Origin: a virus
Reading direction: 5' to 3' (one strand)
IMG/VR virus record: IMGVR_UViG_3300037549_000096
DNA length: 64,000 nt
Shown: in pieces, positions 49,742-59,915 of the stretch
How positions within the stretch are numbered: the first letter of the stretch is position 1
Layout of the letters: every line of letters starts with the position of its first letter
Notes under the pieces: generated by a model
The model's input: the letters and a program-made list of their open reading frames with translations, nothing else
Database searches by the model: none
Told to the model about the DNA's origin: nothing
Position numbers and translations under genes: made by a program

Positions 49742-51484
49742 TTAAGAAACTAGTTTACCTTTTAAAAATCTATCTAAACGAGTTTTAGTAACAATAGAAC
49801 TCCAAATATCAGGTTCAAGTGTTCCTTTAAAGAAAAAGTGACGTTCAGTTACTTCTCTAGTTTGACCTCTACGATGATTACGCTTTCTTGATTGTGCATA
49901 TTGATTATTATCATCAACCGCTGAAGGATAATAAGTATAGTTAGCTTTAAGCCAAGTGTGACCATACATAAATGCACCTGGATGAGCTACCATAATTCTG
50001 CACTTAGGATTTTGTAACCATAGAGTTAATTGTTCTGTTTGTTCATCATCTTTCATACCGCCTTGACCATAAGCGCAAATATAATCCTTAGATAATTCTT
50101 CCATATAAATTGCTAATTCTTCTCTATAACGAGTCCAAATAATAACATTAGAAGTAGGATCTGATAAATCATATTTTAATTGTTTTTTAACAGCATCCAA
50201 CTTTGGGTTACTAGAAAGACGAATTGGCGTTTTAACTTTAAAAGCATCTACATGATAAATGAAACCTGCATAAGCTTGTAAAAGTTTAGCTCGTTCAGAC
50301 ATTTCATTTTCAACATAAATTTCTCTATCCATATTGTTTTTATTATCAATTAATTTTAAATAACCATCTTCAATATCTTTACAAACTTGATCTTGATCTT
50401 TAGGCATAGTTACATAAATATCAAAATCTTTACCTTTATAATAAGGTGGTAAATTTAAATATTCTTCAGAAGTCATGTATATAGATACAGCTTCAATTCT
50501 AGATTTAATTTCTTCTTCAGCATTTCTACGTGGAAAGTATTTAGATTTTCCAGGTCTAATTTCTATCGATTTACCATATCTTTGTTCAAAGGCTTCATAA
50601 GAATCACCTAACCAATTTCCAATACAAGAGTTTAATCCCCATAACTGAAAAATGCCATTAGGCGCGGGAAGTCCTGACATTAATAAACTATATTCAACAT
50701 TTTTACTTAATTCTTTAAAACATCGACGTATTTTAGAAGAAGGTGATCTAAGTTTTGTAGCTTCATCAAAAATAATGTTCTTAAAACCCTTATGAGCAAA
50801 AACATTATTTTTAATATAATCATCATTTTTATCTAAACAATGAACCGCAAATTGTTCTGGATTAATAATAAAACAATCAGCGTAAGGATTATTAACATTA
50901 TCTATATTTTTTCGTAAACTTAACATTGTCATATCTGAAAATTTATCTAACTCACCTTCCCAGTTTTCTTCACCATGTAAACTTTTAGGAGCAACAATTA
51001 AAGTAGAACCTCTTGGAATTAATTTATTATTAATCAAGTGTTGAGTAAATGATAAACCAATAGCTGATTTACCTAATCCCATATCTAAATACATACCAGC
51101 TTTTCTAACAGCAAACCCAAAGAGTATGGCTCTACGTTGATAGTTGTCTAAAATAATATCTGCTTTTTCATAAAAATTACCTTCATTCCATACTAAATCA
51201 ATGTCATCATCTAACATTGTTTTATATTTTTTTGCTTCAAGAATACGTTTATATTCTTCTAAAAGTAAAATTCTTACATTCATAGCTGTGTCTGTATAAC
51301 TTAATTGCCAATCAAATTGTTTAGCAGCTTTAGTAAGATCAAGTAAGTTATTAATACAAATTTCAGAAGTGTATTCTGTAAATTTTCTAATAGCCCGAAA
51401 ACCTAACCATGATAAATCATTAGCACCATGATATCTAAATTTATCTCCGGTTATATCTATTTCTATGCGTTTCGGTTGCAACAT
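49742..51484 (-). CDS. SNF2-family helicase (start probably 51484)
   Basis: LDMGLGKS, IVAPKS, FDEA, MSGLPAPN, QSRKRNHRRGQ. GGAGG RBS before 51484. Confidence 0.9.
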   Translation of the reverse strand: MLQPKRIEIDITGDKFRYHGANDLSWLGFRAIRKFTEYTSEICINNLLDLTKAAKQFDWQLSYTDTAMNVRILLLEEYKRILEAKKYKTMLDDDIDLVWNEGNFYEKADIILDNYQRRAILFGFAVRKAGMYLDMGLGKSAIGLSFTQHLINNKLIPRGSTLIVAPKSLHGEENWEGELDKFSDMTMLSLRKNIDNVNNPYADCFIINPEQFAVHCLDKNDDYIKNNVFAHKGFKNIIFDEATKLRSPSSKIRRCFKELSKNVEYSLLMSGLPAPNGIFQLWGLNSCIGNWLGDSYEAFEQRYGKSIEIRPGKSKYFPRRNAEEEIKSRIEAVSIYMTSEEYLNLPPYYKGKDFDIYVTMPKDQDQVCKDIEDGYLKLIDNKNNMDREIYVENEMSERAKLLQAYAGFIYHVDAFKVKTPIRLSSNPKLDAVKKQLKYDLSDPTSNVIIWTRYREELAIYMEELSKDYICAYGQGGMKDDEQTEQLTLWLQNPKCRIMVAHPGAFMYGHTWLKANYTYYPSAVDDNNQYAQSRKRNHRRGQTREVTERHFFFKGTLEPDIWSSIVTKTRLDRFLKGKLVS

Positions 51485-51878
51485 GAATGATTTCCTCCCA
51501 ATTAAACAAAGGTAATTTTTTATATTCTTCCATAGATATTTGACCATCTTCACGAATATCTAAAGGAAGAATATACCTAATCTCATCGTCATAAAAGATC
51601 ATACCAATTGGATAAGCGCCTGTAATTAGTAAATCTTTCATGCGTTTAACTTGCATCTTAGTGAAATTATGAGATAAGATTTTATTACCAGATTCTTGAT
51701 TTACTCTCTTACTTTCAATTGGTATAAAATTACCTTCTACCATAGAATAAATATCGGGAGTTCCGCGTCGTAAAGGATCTAGTTGCTTTTGAATCCATAT
51801 ACGAGGACCAAACTCCCGAATTGTTCTATCTACAAAATCACTGGAGTACTGCGTTTCTCTGGTCAACTGGACACCCAT
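51441..51878 (-). CDS. VRR-NUC/Holliday-junction-resolvase-like PD-(D/E)XK nuclease
   Basis: GTPDI...IESK...Q pattern, next to the SNF2 helicase. Confidence 0.75.
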   Translation of the reverse strand: MGVQLTRETQYSSDFVDRTIREFGPRIWIQKQLDPLRRGTPDIYSMVEGNFIPIESKRVNQESGNKILSHNFTKMQVKRMKDLLITGAYPIGMIFYDDEIRYILPLDIREDGQISMEEYKKLPLFNWEEIIHVATETHRNRYNRR

Positions 51879-52416
51879 ACTTATTTAACGTAAAAGCATG
51901 ATGTAACTTGTTTACAAAATCTAATCTAACACATCGTTGAGTCACGGCTTCAAAAGCCGGTTTAAGTAAAGTAGTTAAAACCTCTTCCAAAAATACTTCA
52001 TGATCTTCATTATTGCATTTTGGAATACTGATAGTTCTTAGTTTGGAATTATAAATAATTCCACTAAACTTAATAACCTTAAATTCAGAGGTTGTTGAAT
52101 CGATAAAAGAAAGTTCCAATTCATATAAGCATTTATCTTGCTTAGTAGCTTTAAGAATAAAAATGCCACGATTCATTTTCAGAGCGTTTGCATAATCATT
52201 CCTTAATTTACGACCTATGGTATAATGTGTAGGAAGGGTTTCATTCCAAATATCAGTAAGCACTAACTCGCCTACTAATTCATTCAGAGTAGCATCAAAG
52301 CTGGCAAGCATACGGGGTTTTGATCCGTCTGCATTAATGATGACTTGGGCCGATCCCTTAATCGTTCCACCCTCTATAACTGCCTTACCAATTTCTAAAA
52401 GATGAAGTGTTGTCAT
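51838..52416 (-). CDS. Hypothetical protein, first gene of the minus-strand block (start probably 52416)
   Basis: AGGAG RBS before ATG 52416. This start removes the apparent overlap with the terminase. Confidence 0.65.
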   Translation of the reverse strand: MTTLHLLEIGKAVIEGGTIKGSAQVIINADGSKPRMLASFDATLNELVGELVLTDIWNETLPTHYTIGRKLRNDYANALKMNRGIFILKATKQDKCLYELELSFIDSTTSEFKVIKFSGIIYNSKLRTISIPKCNNEDHEVFLEEVLTTLLKPAFEAVTQRCVRLDFVNKLHHAFTLNKYGCPVDQRNAVLQ

Positions 52417-52507
52417 AACTTTTCTCCTAGTAAGCCCGTTAAGGGCAGGGTGATGGATAGATAGAATATTTCCGCTTATACTTCTTATAACATAAAGTAT
52501 TGGATTT

Positions 52508-54073
52508 TTGCACATGGATATATCTAACATTGATTTCATACAAAGAACAATGTTCTTAGAAGGTCAACCGTGGAGATTTACGGATAGACCATATATATTA
52601 CCTATCATTAATGATGATCCGTGGAAACTTATCATCATGACAGGTAGACAGTCAGAAAAGTCTACTTCTATGGCTGGAAAACACATAGCTTCTGCTTGTA
52701 GAACGCCTCATCAATCATCTTTATATATTAATCCTACTATGACTCAGACTTCTGTTTATAGTAGAAAGAAAATTGATGCAGTATTTGAACAATCACCATT
52801 ATTAAAAGCTAATTTTTGGCCTGGAAGTAAGGGTTTTAGCGTTACTGAAAAAAGATTAAAAAATAATCATACAATGTACTTTAGATCTGCTTATCATGAC
52901 GCAGATACTATTCGTGGTTTAACATCTGATAGAACTTTAATTGATGAACGTCAAGATATGATCAATGATTGTATTCCGGTCATTGAAGAATGTTCTTCGC
53001 ATAGACCTAATGCAGTATTTATGCAAACAGGTACTCCTAAAACTTTATCTAATGGTTTTGAATATGAATGGCAGTTATCAACTCAAAGCGAATGGACTAT
53101 TAAGTGTTTTCATTGTGGACGTTGGAATATACTAAGTATTAAAAGTATCATTCCAGGTAAAAATGGATTATGGTGTGAAAAATGTTCTAAAGATATATTC
53201 ACACAACACGGAACATGGATATCATACGGAAAAGAAAAAGCTAAAGTACACGGTTATAGATTTCCTCAAATTATTCTCCCAAGTATTTATATTAATTGGG
53301 AGAAGTTGTTTATTAAGATGGAAAATTATTCTATAGCTACTTTAATGAATGAAGTATTTGGTCATTCATATGATGCTGGTGTTAAACCTATTACTAGAGA
53401 AGAAATAGCTAAATGTTGTAATCAAGAAAGAGTTATGGAACTTGTATCTAATGCTAACGCATTGGGGTATGAAGTCTTTGCAGGTGTAGATTGGGGAACT
53501 GGAGAACTTGGTTATACAATTTTACAGATTGGACATTATAATCCTAACTCTAATAAAATAGTTATCACTTTATCTAAACGTTATATAGGTAAAGAAGCTG
53601 AACCTGAATACATGTTACAAGATATAGCTAGAAAATTATTAGATAATTGTGTAATGATATGTGGTGTTGATCACGGTTTTAGTTTTGGTTTAGTTGATCG
53701 TCTTAAATCATTAGTAAGTGGAAAATGTAAGGTTGTAGCCTTTCAACATACTAATTTTAAAGGTTATGTAGGTTATAATAAAAAAGGTACTCATTATGTA
53801 ACGAATAGAACTGCTGTTATGGCTGATACATTTGAAGCTATTAAACAAACATTCTTTGAATTTCCTGCTTGGAATATATACGAAACTTTTGCTAATGATT
53901 TTATGAATATTGAAGTAGAGTATAATGAACGCACTAGAACTATGAAATATGATCATATTCCTACTAATCCAGATGATGCTTTTCATTCTTTGTTATATTT
54001 ATATATAACTTATCTTATTAGAGTCAAAAAACGTGCGCCTGAGTCTTATGACCCAGATCGTGATGAACCTTGA
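52508..54073 (+). CDS. Terminase large subunit (GpA-like, with CxxC pairs)
   Basis: Walker A GRQSEKS, DTIRG, Walker B LIDE, GTPKT, nuclease GVDWG and DDAFH. Confidence 0.88.
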   Translation: MHMDISNIDFIQRTMFLEGQPWRFTDRPYILPIINDDPWKLIIMTGRQSEKSTSMAGKHIASACRTPHQSSLYINPTMTQTSVYSRKKIDAVFEQSPLLKANFWPGSKGFSVTEKRLKNNHTMYFRSAYHDADTIRGLTSDRTLIDERQDMINDCIPVIEECSSHRPNAVFMQTGTPKTLSNGFEYEWQLSTQSEWTIKCFHCGRWNILSIKSIIPGKNGLWCEKCSKDIFTQHGTWISYGKEKAKVHGYRFPQIILPSIYINWEKLFIKMENYSIATLMNEVFGHSYDAGVKPITREEIAKCCNQERVMELVSNANALGYEVFAGVDWGTGELGYTILQIGHYNPNSNKIVITLSKRYIGKEAEPEYMLQDIARKLLDNCVMICGVDHGFSFGLVDRLKSLVSGKCKVVAFQHTNFKGYVGYNKKGTHYVTNRTAVMADTFEAIKQTFFEFPAWNIYETFANDFMNIEVEYNERTRTMKYDHIPTNPDDAFHSLLYLYITYLIRVKKRAPESYDPDRDEP

Positions 54074-54121
54074 TCTTATTTTTATATTTTTATTAATAAA
54101 AAATGATTATAGATCAAAATC

Positions 54122-54150
54122 GTGACTCTTAGAAATTTTTGTGATATGAT
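54122..54150 (+). promoter_or_regulatory. Sigma70/sigmaA-type promoter for the head operon
   Basis: GTGACT-17 bp-TATGAT with extended TG. Confidence 0.6.
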
Positions 54151-54187
54151 TTATAAAGTCAGTTCCATTTATTGAGGCAGACCACTT

Positions 54188-55741
54188 ATGAATCCTATTG
54201 AATTGGTTTTAACCGCTAAGAAAATAGCTGAAGGCCATGTAACCAGTGGCATTGACCTTAATGATTCTATTTTAAAGGTTGCTTCAGATAATAATCTGTC
54301 TAAACCTCAGATTGAACGTCTTGTTGAAGAAACTAATAAGGCTACATTTATGGAATTGTTAGAAAAGAAGGGTGAACAAGAATTCCCTGTAGCTGATTAT
54401 CAAACTATTAAAGGCAAGATGATACCTAAAATTGAAAAGAATGCTTCTGAAAATTTACAATTTGAAAACTTAAATTATTCTCAAGATGGTTTTACTGAAT
54501 TATTAGGTAGTGAACGTATTTCAAAACCTACTATTGAAAAAGTAGCTTCTACTCACGGATTTAGCGAAGAAGGTTTAGCTTATTTTGAAGCTTTATATAA
54601 AGTTGCTAGTGATTATTTGACTGATTATAATAGGTTATTAGATTTAGAAGCTTTAGGTCAAAAACGTTATGGTAATAATTATTCAGAAGCTAAAGATTTA
54701 GTTAAAATTGCTGAGATTCATAATGATAAAGAAATCTTAGAACTTAAAGAATTACAAATTAATCTCGAAAAGAATGGTCATGTATTTGAATTTATTAGTA
54801 ATAAAATGGAAAAGATAGGGGCTTTTAGTCCTTGGGGTAATACTAATCCTTTTAAAGCAAATAGTATTCCTCATGCGGTTGGTGCTGCTATTAATTTTGC
54901 TACTAAACATACCATTGGTTTACCTTTTGGTTTAGCTGGTGGTGCTGCTAAAGTAGGACTAAAAGGCGCGGCTGTAGCTGCTCCGGTTTTATTACCTTTA
55001 GCTCTTAAGGGCGTTGTAAAGAATCCTAATGCATCTTTAACTATTGCTAGTGAAGGTTCTAAAGCAATTAAAGGCGCTAAAGGTGTATTAAAAGGAAATA
55101 ACTTTATCGGTCCTGGTGCTACTTTAAATGATGGTTTAATTTCTACTGCTATGGAAAAGAAGGCTTTATTAGAAGGCGCGATTCCTGCTATGACTGCTTT
55201 ATTTAAAAGTCCATTAGCTAAAGTAGTCAGTGGCGCTTTAACCGTAGGTTCTGCTGCTAGTAAATTAACTAAACCTGTTGGACAAATCGGAACTGGTTTA
55301 ACTGCTTTAGCTTCTGAAGGCGTTAATAAAGAAGCTGGTATTGGTAGTGGTTTACAGGCTTTATTAGAAAATGTTACACCTATTGTTGAGTTTGGAGCTA
55401 AAAGTATCACACCTTTTGGAATCATGGCAGGAATTACTGCCTTAGCTGCTAAGAAATTAGGAGGGGGAATTGCGCTCACCATGAATAAGCGGGAATTTGA
55501 TCGTTCATTTGATACGATCATGAAAAATAATCCAGACTTTGCATCTAACAAAGATCAAGTTCGTGGTTATTTTGATGTAGTATCAAGACACGCTCCTTCT
55601 CTCGCTAAAGACCCGCTTGTAGCTGAAAGTATTGTTAAAAATATGAATGCCTTTGGTGGTGTTGATTACAATACTGTGCGGGGATTACGTCAAACTGAAC
55701 AATTAGGTCAAGACTCTAACTCACGTTCTTTATTTAACTAA
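54188..55741 (+). CDS. K-x-A-rich head protein, possibly a polyprotein of Gly/Ala-rich peptides
   Basis: About 10 K-x-A sites, with hydrophobic cationic segments after EKIGA, EKKAL and NKEAG. Lies after the terminase. Confidence 0.6.
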   Translation: MNPIELVLTAKKIAEGHVTSGIDLNDSILKVASDNNLSKPQIERLVEETNKATFMELLEKKGEQEFPVADYQTIKGKMIPKIEKNASENLQFENLNYSQDGFTELLGSERISKPTIEKVASTHGFSEEGLAYFEALYKVASDYLTDYNRLLDLEALGQKRYGNNYSEAKDLVKIAEIHNDKEILELKELQINLEKNGHVFEFISNKMEKIGAFSPWGNTNPFKANSIPHAVGAAINFATKHTIGLPFGLAGGAAKVGLKGAAVAAPVLLPLALKGVVKNPNASLTIASEGSKAIKGAKGVLKGNNFIGPGATLNDGLISTAMEKKALLEGAIPAMTALFKSPLAKVVSGALTVGSAASKLTKPVGQIGTGLTALASEGVNKEAGIGSGLQALLENVTPIVEFGAKSITPFGIMAGITALAAKKLGGGIALTMNKREFDRSFDTIMKNNPDFASNKDQVRGYFDVVSRHAPSLAKDPLVAESIVKNMNAFGGVDYNTVRGLRQTEQLGQDSNSRSLFN

Positions 55742-55759
55742 TAAAATAGGAGACATATA

Positions 55760-56293
55760 ATGTCTAAAGTTGATGATTTTCTCGCCAAGTTAGCTTCCGC
55801 TGAAAAGCCTGTTGAAAAGCCTGTTGTCTCTACTGAAACTACTGTAGAGAAAACCGCTGAAGAGAAGGAAGCTGAAGCTCTTATGTTTAAGTTAGCTAAC
55901 CAGAATGAAACTATCGAAGCCTCTACTGTTCTTGGTTTAGCTGCTGGTGAACTGTTTAAACTTGCTGAAGAGAGCAAGGATGAACTTATTGGTGAATGTG
56001 CTGAAGGTCTTAGTCTTGCTAGTCAGAGTCTTATGTTTGGTTTAAATAAGATTGCCGCTGAAGATGCTGCTGGCGCGATTACTGATATGGTTGAAACTCA
56101 GGATAGTCTTCAGAAAATTGCTACTGTATTAGCCGCTGTCGCTACTGAAGCTGAAAATGAAGATTTCACTAAGTTAGCTTCCAGTGTTATCGAAGTTAGC
56201 AATACTCTCTTTGACGAATTAAAGGATCTGGCTGAGAAAGATGAGTCAGTAGCCGGTTATTTAGCTGAATTTCATAAAGAAGTAGCTAAGTAA
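55760..56293 (+). CDS. Acidic K-x-A-rich scaffold/core-like protein
   Basis: 8 K-x-A sites in 177 aa, with highly-expressed-type codons. Confidence 0.6.
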   Translation: MSKVDDFLAKLASAEKPVEKPVVSTETTVEKTAEEKEAEALMFKLANQNETIEASTVLGLAAGELFKLAEESKDELIGECAEGLSLASQSLMFGLNKIAAEDAAGAITDMVETQDSLQKIATVLAAVATEAENEDFTKLASSVIEVSNTLFDELKDLAEKDESVAGYLAEFHKEVAK

Positions 56294-56314
56294 ATAGTTT
56301 TTAGAAAGTATCCC

Positions 56315-56755
56315 ATGCTTGTTAAAATCGCTGCTCGTATAGATGTTTTGAAGCGAGTATTAAAGCATCAAAAATCTTTTACGCCAGAATTTTTAAAAGT
56401 TCAGGCTAAAAAAGCTAAATCTAAGATGCTAGAAAATTACAGACTTGAACCGGGCAAATTAAGCGATTCTCAAGCATGGGATATTTTTAATAGACAAGTG
56501 TATCACAACGTTAGAAATGTTGGACGAAGAGTAACAAATCCAATTAGATATGATAAAGGGGTTGATCGAATGGGAAATGCTGCTGCTTTTCTTAAAGGTA
56601 AAGGTAAGGAAATTGCTGAAGGTGGTAAGAAAGCTGTAGATTATTTAAAGAAAAATAAAGCAGAAGCCTCTATAGTAGCTGGTTCTACTATCATTGGTGG
56701 AGTAGGTGCTAAAAAAGCTATTGATCATTTAAGAAAAAAGAAAGAATCAAAGTAA
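56315..56755 (+). CDS. Basic protein with MLVKIA leader
   Basis: Variant of the MIIKLA leader. Lys-rich, with a C-terminal Gly-rich hydrophobic stretch. Confidence 0.7.
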   Translation: MLVKIAARIDVLKRVLKHQKSFTPEFLKVQAKKAKSKMLENYRLEPGKLSDSQAWDIFNRQVYHNVRNVGRRVTNPIRYDKGVDRMGNAAAFLKGKGKEIAEGGKKAVDYLKKNKAEASIVAGSTIIGGVGAKKAIDHLRKKKESK

Positions 56756-56823
56756 TTGCCCCTAACCGGGCATTTACCTAAATACTTCATGAAGTGTTTA
56801 GTTAAATGTCATACGGAGATAAA

Positions 56824-57015
56824 ATGATTGTTAAATTAGCTGGTCCTAGTTCTTTAGTAGCTGGTGTTGGTAGTGTTTTAACTAAAACTGTAGCTAAAGA
56901 TACTGCTAATGTAGCTGCTAAAGCTGTTCCTGCAATTAAAAAGTTTGTACCTGTACCTCCTGGTGGTGGTCAACAAGCTTGGATTGCGGCTCAAAAAGCA
57001 GCGGGTAAATTATAA
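56824..57015 (+). CDS. MIVKLA-leader small protein (start corrected to 56824)
   Basis: GGAG RBS, atgattgttaaattagc start, TAATG coupling to the protease gene. Confidence 0.75.
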   Translation: MIVKLAGPSSLVAGVGSVLTKTVAKDTANVAAKAVPAIKKFVPVPPGGGQQAWIAAQKAAGKL

Positions 57016-58583
57016 TGATTAAATTAATCGAAGCTTCTTTAGAAGATGACTATTTCTTTGCCACTAATATAGAAAAAAGTGGCTTTGATAAAGTTGCATC
57101 TGTTAGGGATTTACCTAAAGAAGTAGATGATGTAATTAAAAATTTAAAAAAGAAACCTAATCATAGATATGTTTTATTATCTGCTATGGGCGATGGTGAA
57201 ACTTGGGGCAGTAATCGTAATGGTGATTACTTTTCTAATAAAGCTTTAACTGGCGTTCAACGTAAAGATGAAAGAGGCGTTAAAGATAATAAGCCTATTG
57301 AACGTTACAAGACATTTGAAAGAGGTCATTTCTTTCATCATCATAAGAATAAGATTCAAAATGGTGATCCTCATTTTGGTTATGTTCCTCATGCTATTTG
57401 GAATCCCAAGATGAGAACTGTTTTACTTATTGTTGGAGTTGATGCTTTAAAAGATCCTGAAACTGCGGCTGATATTGATGAAGATAAACTTACTTCGTTT
57501 TCTATGGGCGCAAGATTACCTTATGATGTTTGTTCTAAATGCGGTAATAAAAGAACGAAGATTACTGAAAATTGCAAATGCTTACGGGATGGTTTATTAA
57601 ATAAGATTGCAGCAGATGGTTCTAAAGTTGTTTTATATAATGAAGAACCTGACTTTTTTGATATATCAAAAGTTTACAAACCAGCGTTTGAGGGTGGTCG
57701 GTCACTCATGAAAGTGGCGGCTGATCTAGGTGGTTGTATTTCTAGTTTAGATATTGCTTTAGAGTATGGCTTAGTCGATGTAGACGGTGAACCTTTTATG
57801 AAACTGGCCGATCTTCAGACTAAAATTTTAGAACGAATTCAAGAATTACCGAATCACTTAGTTGATACTGTTAGAGAAGTATGCAGAACAGAAGAAAGAT
57901 TACCTGCTTCATTCTTAAATACTTTAGAACAATTTGAATTATTTGATATTTGGGGCGCTTTCGCAGATGCAGGTATTATTCCTACTGCTGATGAATTTGC
58001 TTATTTATATTTAATTAAACAAGCTCGTTATGATTTAGCCATGCAATACCTTGGTAAAGATATTGAATTAGTAGAAGGTGTAGAACCTGAGTCTATTACT
58101 CCTTCTTTACTTTATCAAATTAGAGTAATAATGTCAGGTAAGTCTAAAGATATAGAATCTAGAATTGATAATGAATTACGTCGTGATCGTGGATTAGCTA
58201 CATTAAGTCAACGTGTATACGATACCAAAAGAGGCATTCGTAAACTTAAGTATCGTCAACAAGCGAAACTTGGTCCATCAATGTCTACTTTGTATTTTGA
58301 ATTACGTAAGAATATGCAAGATGCTATTCAATCAAAACAAGAACCTGTTTCTTTATCCAAGGAAGCTGGTACTTTGTTACAAGCTGGAGCGGGTTTTGTT
58401 GCCCCTTATGTACTTTCAGCACACTTTCAACAAAAAGAACAGAACGGCGAACCTGTGGGATTTATTGGCAAGACATTGGCTAACAATCCTGCTAAGATAG
58501 GAATAGCAACGGCTTTAACGGCTGCTTACCCGAAACATATAGGTCAGGCTCTTGTCAATACCGTAAAAACGTTTCGCAAATAA
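57015..58583 (+). CDS. Putative prohead maturation protease with C-terminal extension
   Basis: NRNGDYF, FFHHH (candidate His), SFSMG (candidate Ser), CSKCG..CKC insert, FFDIS.V..PA. Lies upstream of the capsid gene. Confidence 0.65.
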   Translation: MIKLIEASLEDDYFFATNIEKSGFDKVASVRDLPKEVDDVIKNLKKKPNHRYVLLSAMGDGETWGSNRNGDYFSNKALTGVQRKDERGVKDNKPIERYKTFERGHFFHHHKNKIQNGDPHFGYVPHAIWNPKMRTVLLIVGVDALKDPETAADIDEDKLTSFSMGARLPYDVCSKCGNKRTKITENCKCLRDGLLNKIAADGSKVVLYNEEPDFFDISKVYKPAFEGGRSLMKVAADLGGCISSLDIALEYGLVDVDGEPFMKLADLQTKILERIQELPNHLVDTVREVCRTEERLPASFLNTLEQFELFDIWGAFADAGIIPTADEFAYLYLIKQARYDLAMQYLGKDIELVEGVEPESITPSLLYQIRVIMSGKSKDIESRIDNELRRDRGLATLSQRVYDTKRGIRKLKYRQQAKLGPSMSTLYFELRKNMQDAIQSKQEPVSLSKEAGTLLQAGAGFVAPYVLSAHFQQKEQNGEPVGFIGKTLANNPAKIGIATALTAAYPKHIGQALVNTVKTFRK

Positions 58584-58595
58584 AAAGGATAATTT

Positions 58596-59111
58596 ATGAC
58601 TATGACTTTTAAAGAGTTTCTTCTTCAGGCTGACGAACAAGAGTTAGTTAAATTAGCTAATTCTCTTAAATTAGGTTTTGAAAGCCATGTAACTAACGCA
58701 GTTGTGCCTTTATTTACTAAATTTGCTGAAGAAGCTACTGAACAAGTAGCTAAAGAAGTAACTGAGCAAGTGACTCAAAATATGGGCGCTTATTTAGAAG
58801 GTCAACAGGCTAATGAAATTGGTAAATTAAATGCACAGGGACAAGTAAATGATATGGTTCTACCTGAAACTGGCAGAACTATTAGTAAAAATGAATTACA
58901 GGAAGCTTTAGAAGAAGCTATTTTAGCAAATAACCCTAAAGCTTTAGCTCAGGTTATCAGTGGCGTATTACAAGCTGCCGGTGAAGATTCTGCCATGAAT
59001 GCTATCTCTGTAGCTAGAACGATCTTGCAAGATGCGTTAGTTTCTGGTAAGCTTGATAAAGATCAGATTGCTACTTTGTCTCAGGCGTTCTCTGTATTCG
59101 AGAGTGAATAA
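58596..59111 (+). CDS. Acidic helical head/scaffold-like protein
   Basis: LVKLAN and FTKFAE sites. Operon position. Confidence 0.55.
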   Translation: MTMTFKEFLLQADEQELVKLANSLKLGFESHVTNAVVPLFTKFAEEATEQVAKEVTEQVTQNMGAYLEGQQANEIGKLNAQGQVNDMVLPETGRTISKNELQEALEEAILANNPKALAQVISGVLQAAGEDSAMNAISVARTILQDALVSGKLDKDQIATLSQAFSVFESE

Positions 59112-59112
59112 T

Positions 59113-59523
59113 ATGAGCGATCTTCTTAAACAACTATTAGCCGAAGCAAAAGAAGCTGAAGTAGTGAAAACTGCTGAAGCTCCTAATGAAGCTCCTAGCG
59201 CAGAACAGCAAAATGCTGACGTTTTAGAAACTTCGCAAGCAATGATTTCTAAAATTGATAACTTCATTCAGCAAGCTACTGGTTCTGGTGGTGGTGATAA
59301 TGCTAATGTTGATGGACAACAACAAGCAGTAGGTGGTCAAGTTGATGGTGGTGCTGCTTCAACAACTGGTGATCCTAATGATCCTACTCAAGCTGGTAAT
59401 GCAACTGTTAAATTAGAAGTTCCTGCTGGTATGACTGTAAAATTAGGTTCTTGTGACCCCGTTAATAGTGATACAGCTATTCGTACTATTATTAGTCTTA
59501 TGCCTTCTTATTTCGGGGAATAA
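59113..59523 (+). CDS. Acidic Gly-rich head/scaffold-like protein (start probably 59113)
   Basis: VVKTAE site. Low complexity. Confidence 0.55.
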   Translation: MSDLLKQLLAEAKEAEVVKTAEAPNEAPSAEQQNADVLETSQAMISKIDNFIQQATGSGGGDNANVDGQQQAVGGQVDGGAASTTGDPNDPTQAGNATVKLEVPAGMTVKLGSCDPVNSDTAIRTIISLMPSYFGE

Positions 59524-59524
59524 A

Positions 59525-59887
59525 ATGGACCCTACGTTACAAGCTGCTCTCCAAATGTTACAGGAAGCACAACAAGTAATGGCTATGCAGGCTGAAGAGA
59601 TTCAGACTTTACGCCAGGGAAGCAAGAAGCTTCAAGAACAACAGCCTATGCAGAAGAAAGCTTCTGTTAGTTCTGATAAATTAGCTATGTTAGTAGGTAT
59701 GAGAGCGGAAGATTTACCTGAATTTATCAAGACCGCTGAAGAAGATGAAGTTAGAAGCTTTATGTCTAATGTTGAATTAAGAGCTAGACATAATTCTATC
59801 GGTAAGATTGCCGAAATTTACGATGGTAGTCAAGCTGAAACACCTGCCGAGCAATTAGAAGCGACTTTGAGCGGTTTAATTGGATAA
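59525..59887 (+). CDS. Scaffold-like protein (start probably 59525)
   Basis: Coiled coil with QKKAS, DKLAM, IKTAE and GKIAE sites. Confidence 0.55.
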   Translation: MDPTLQAALQMLQEAQQVMAMQAEEIQTLRQGSKKLQEQQPMQKKASVSSDKLAMLVGMRAEDLPEFIKTAEEDEVRSFMSNVELRARHNSIGKIAEIYDGSQAETPAEQLEATLSGLIG

Positions 59888-59915
59888 CAACCAACTTTTT
59901 TAAAGGAGAAGCGCA

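Noticed and set aside
52417-52539. Head-to-head overlap of the terminase with the 233-aa ORF
   Set aside because: A better start with an AGGAG RBS at 52416 removes the overlap.
54871-55551. 226-aa antisense ORF, and similar shadows at 500-724, 24850-25347, 37201-37830 and 60711-60944
   Set aside because: These mirror well-supported genes on the other strand and have no RBS or motifs.
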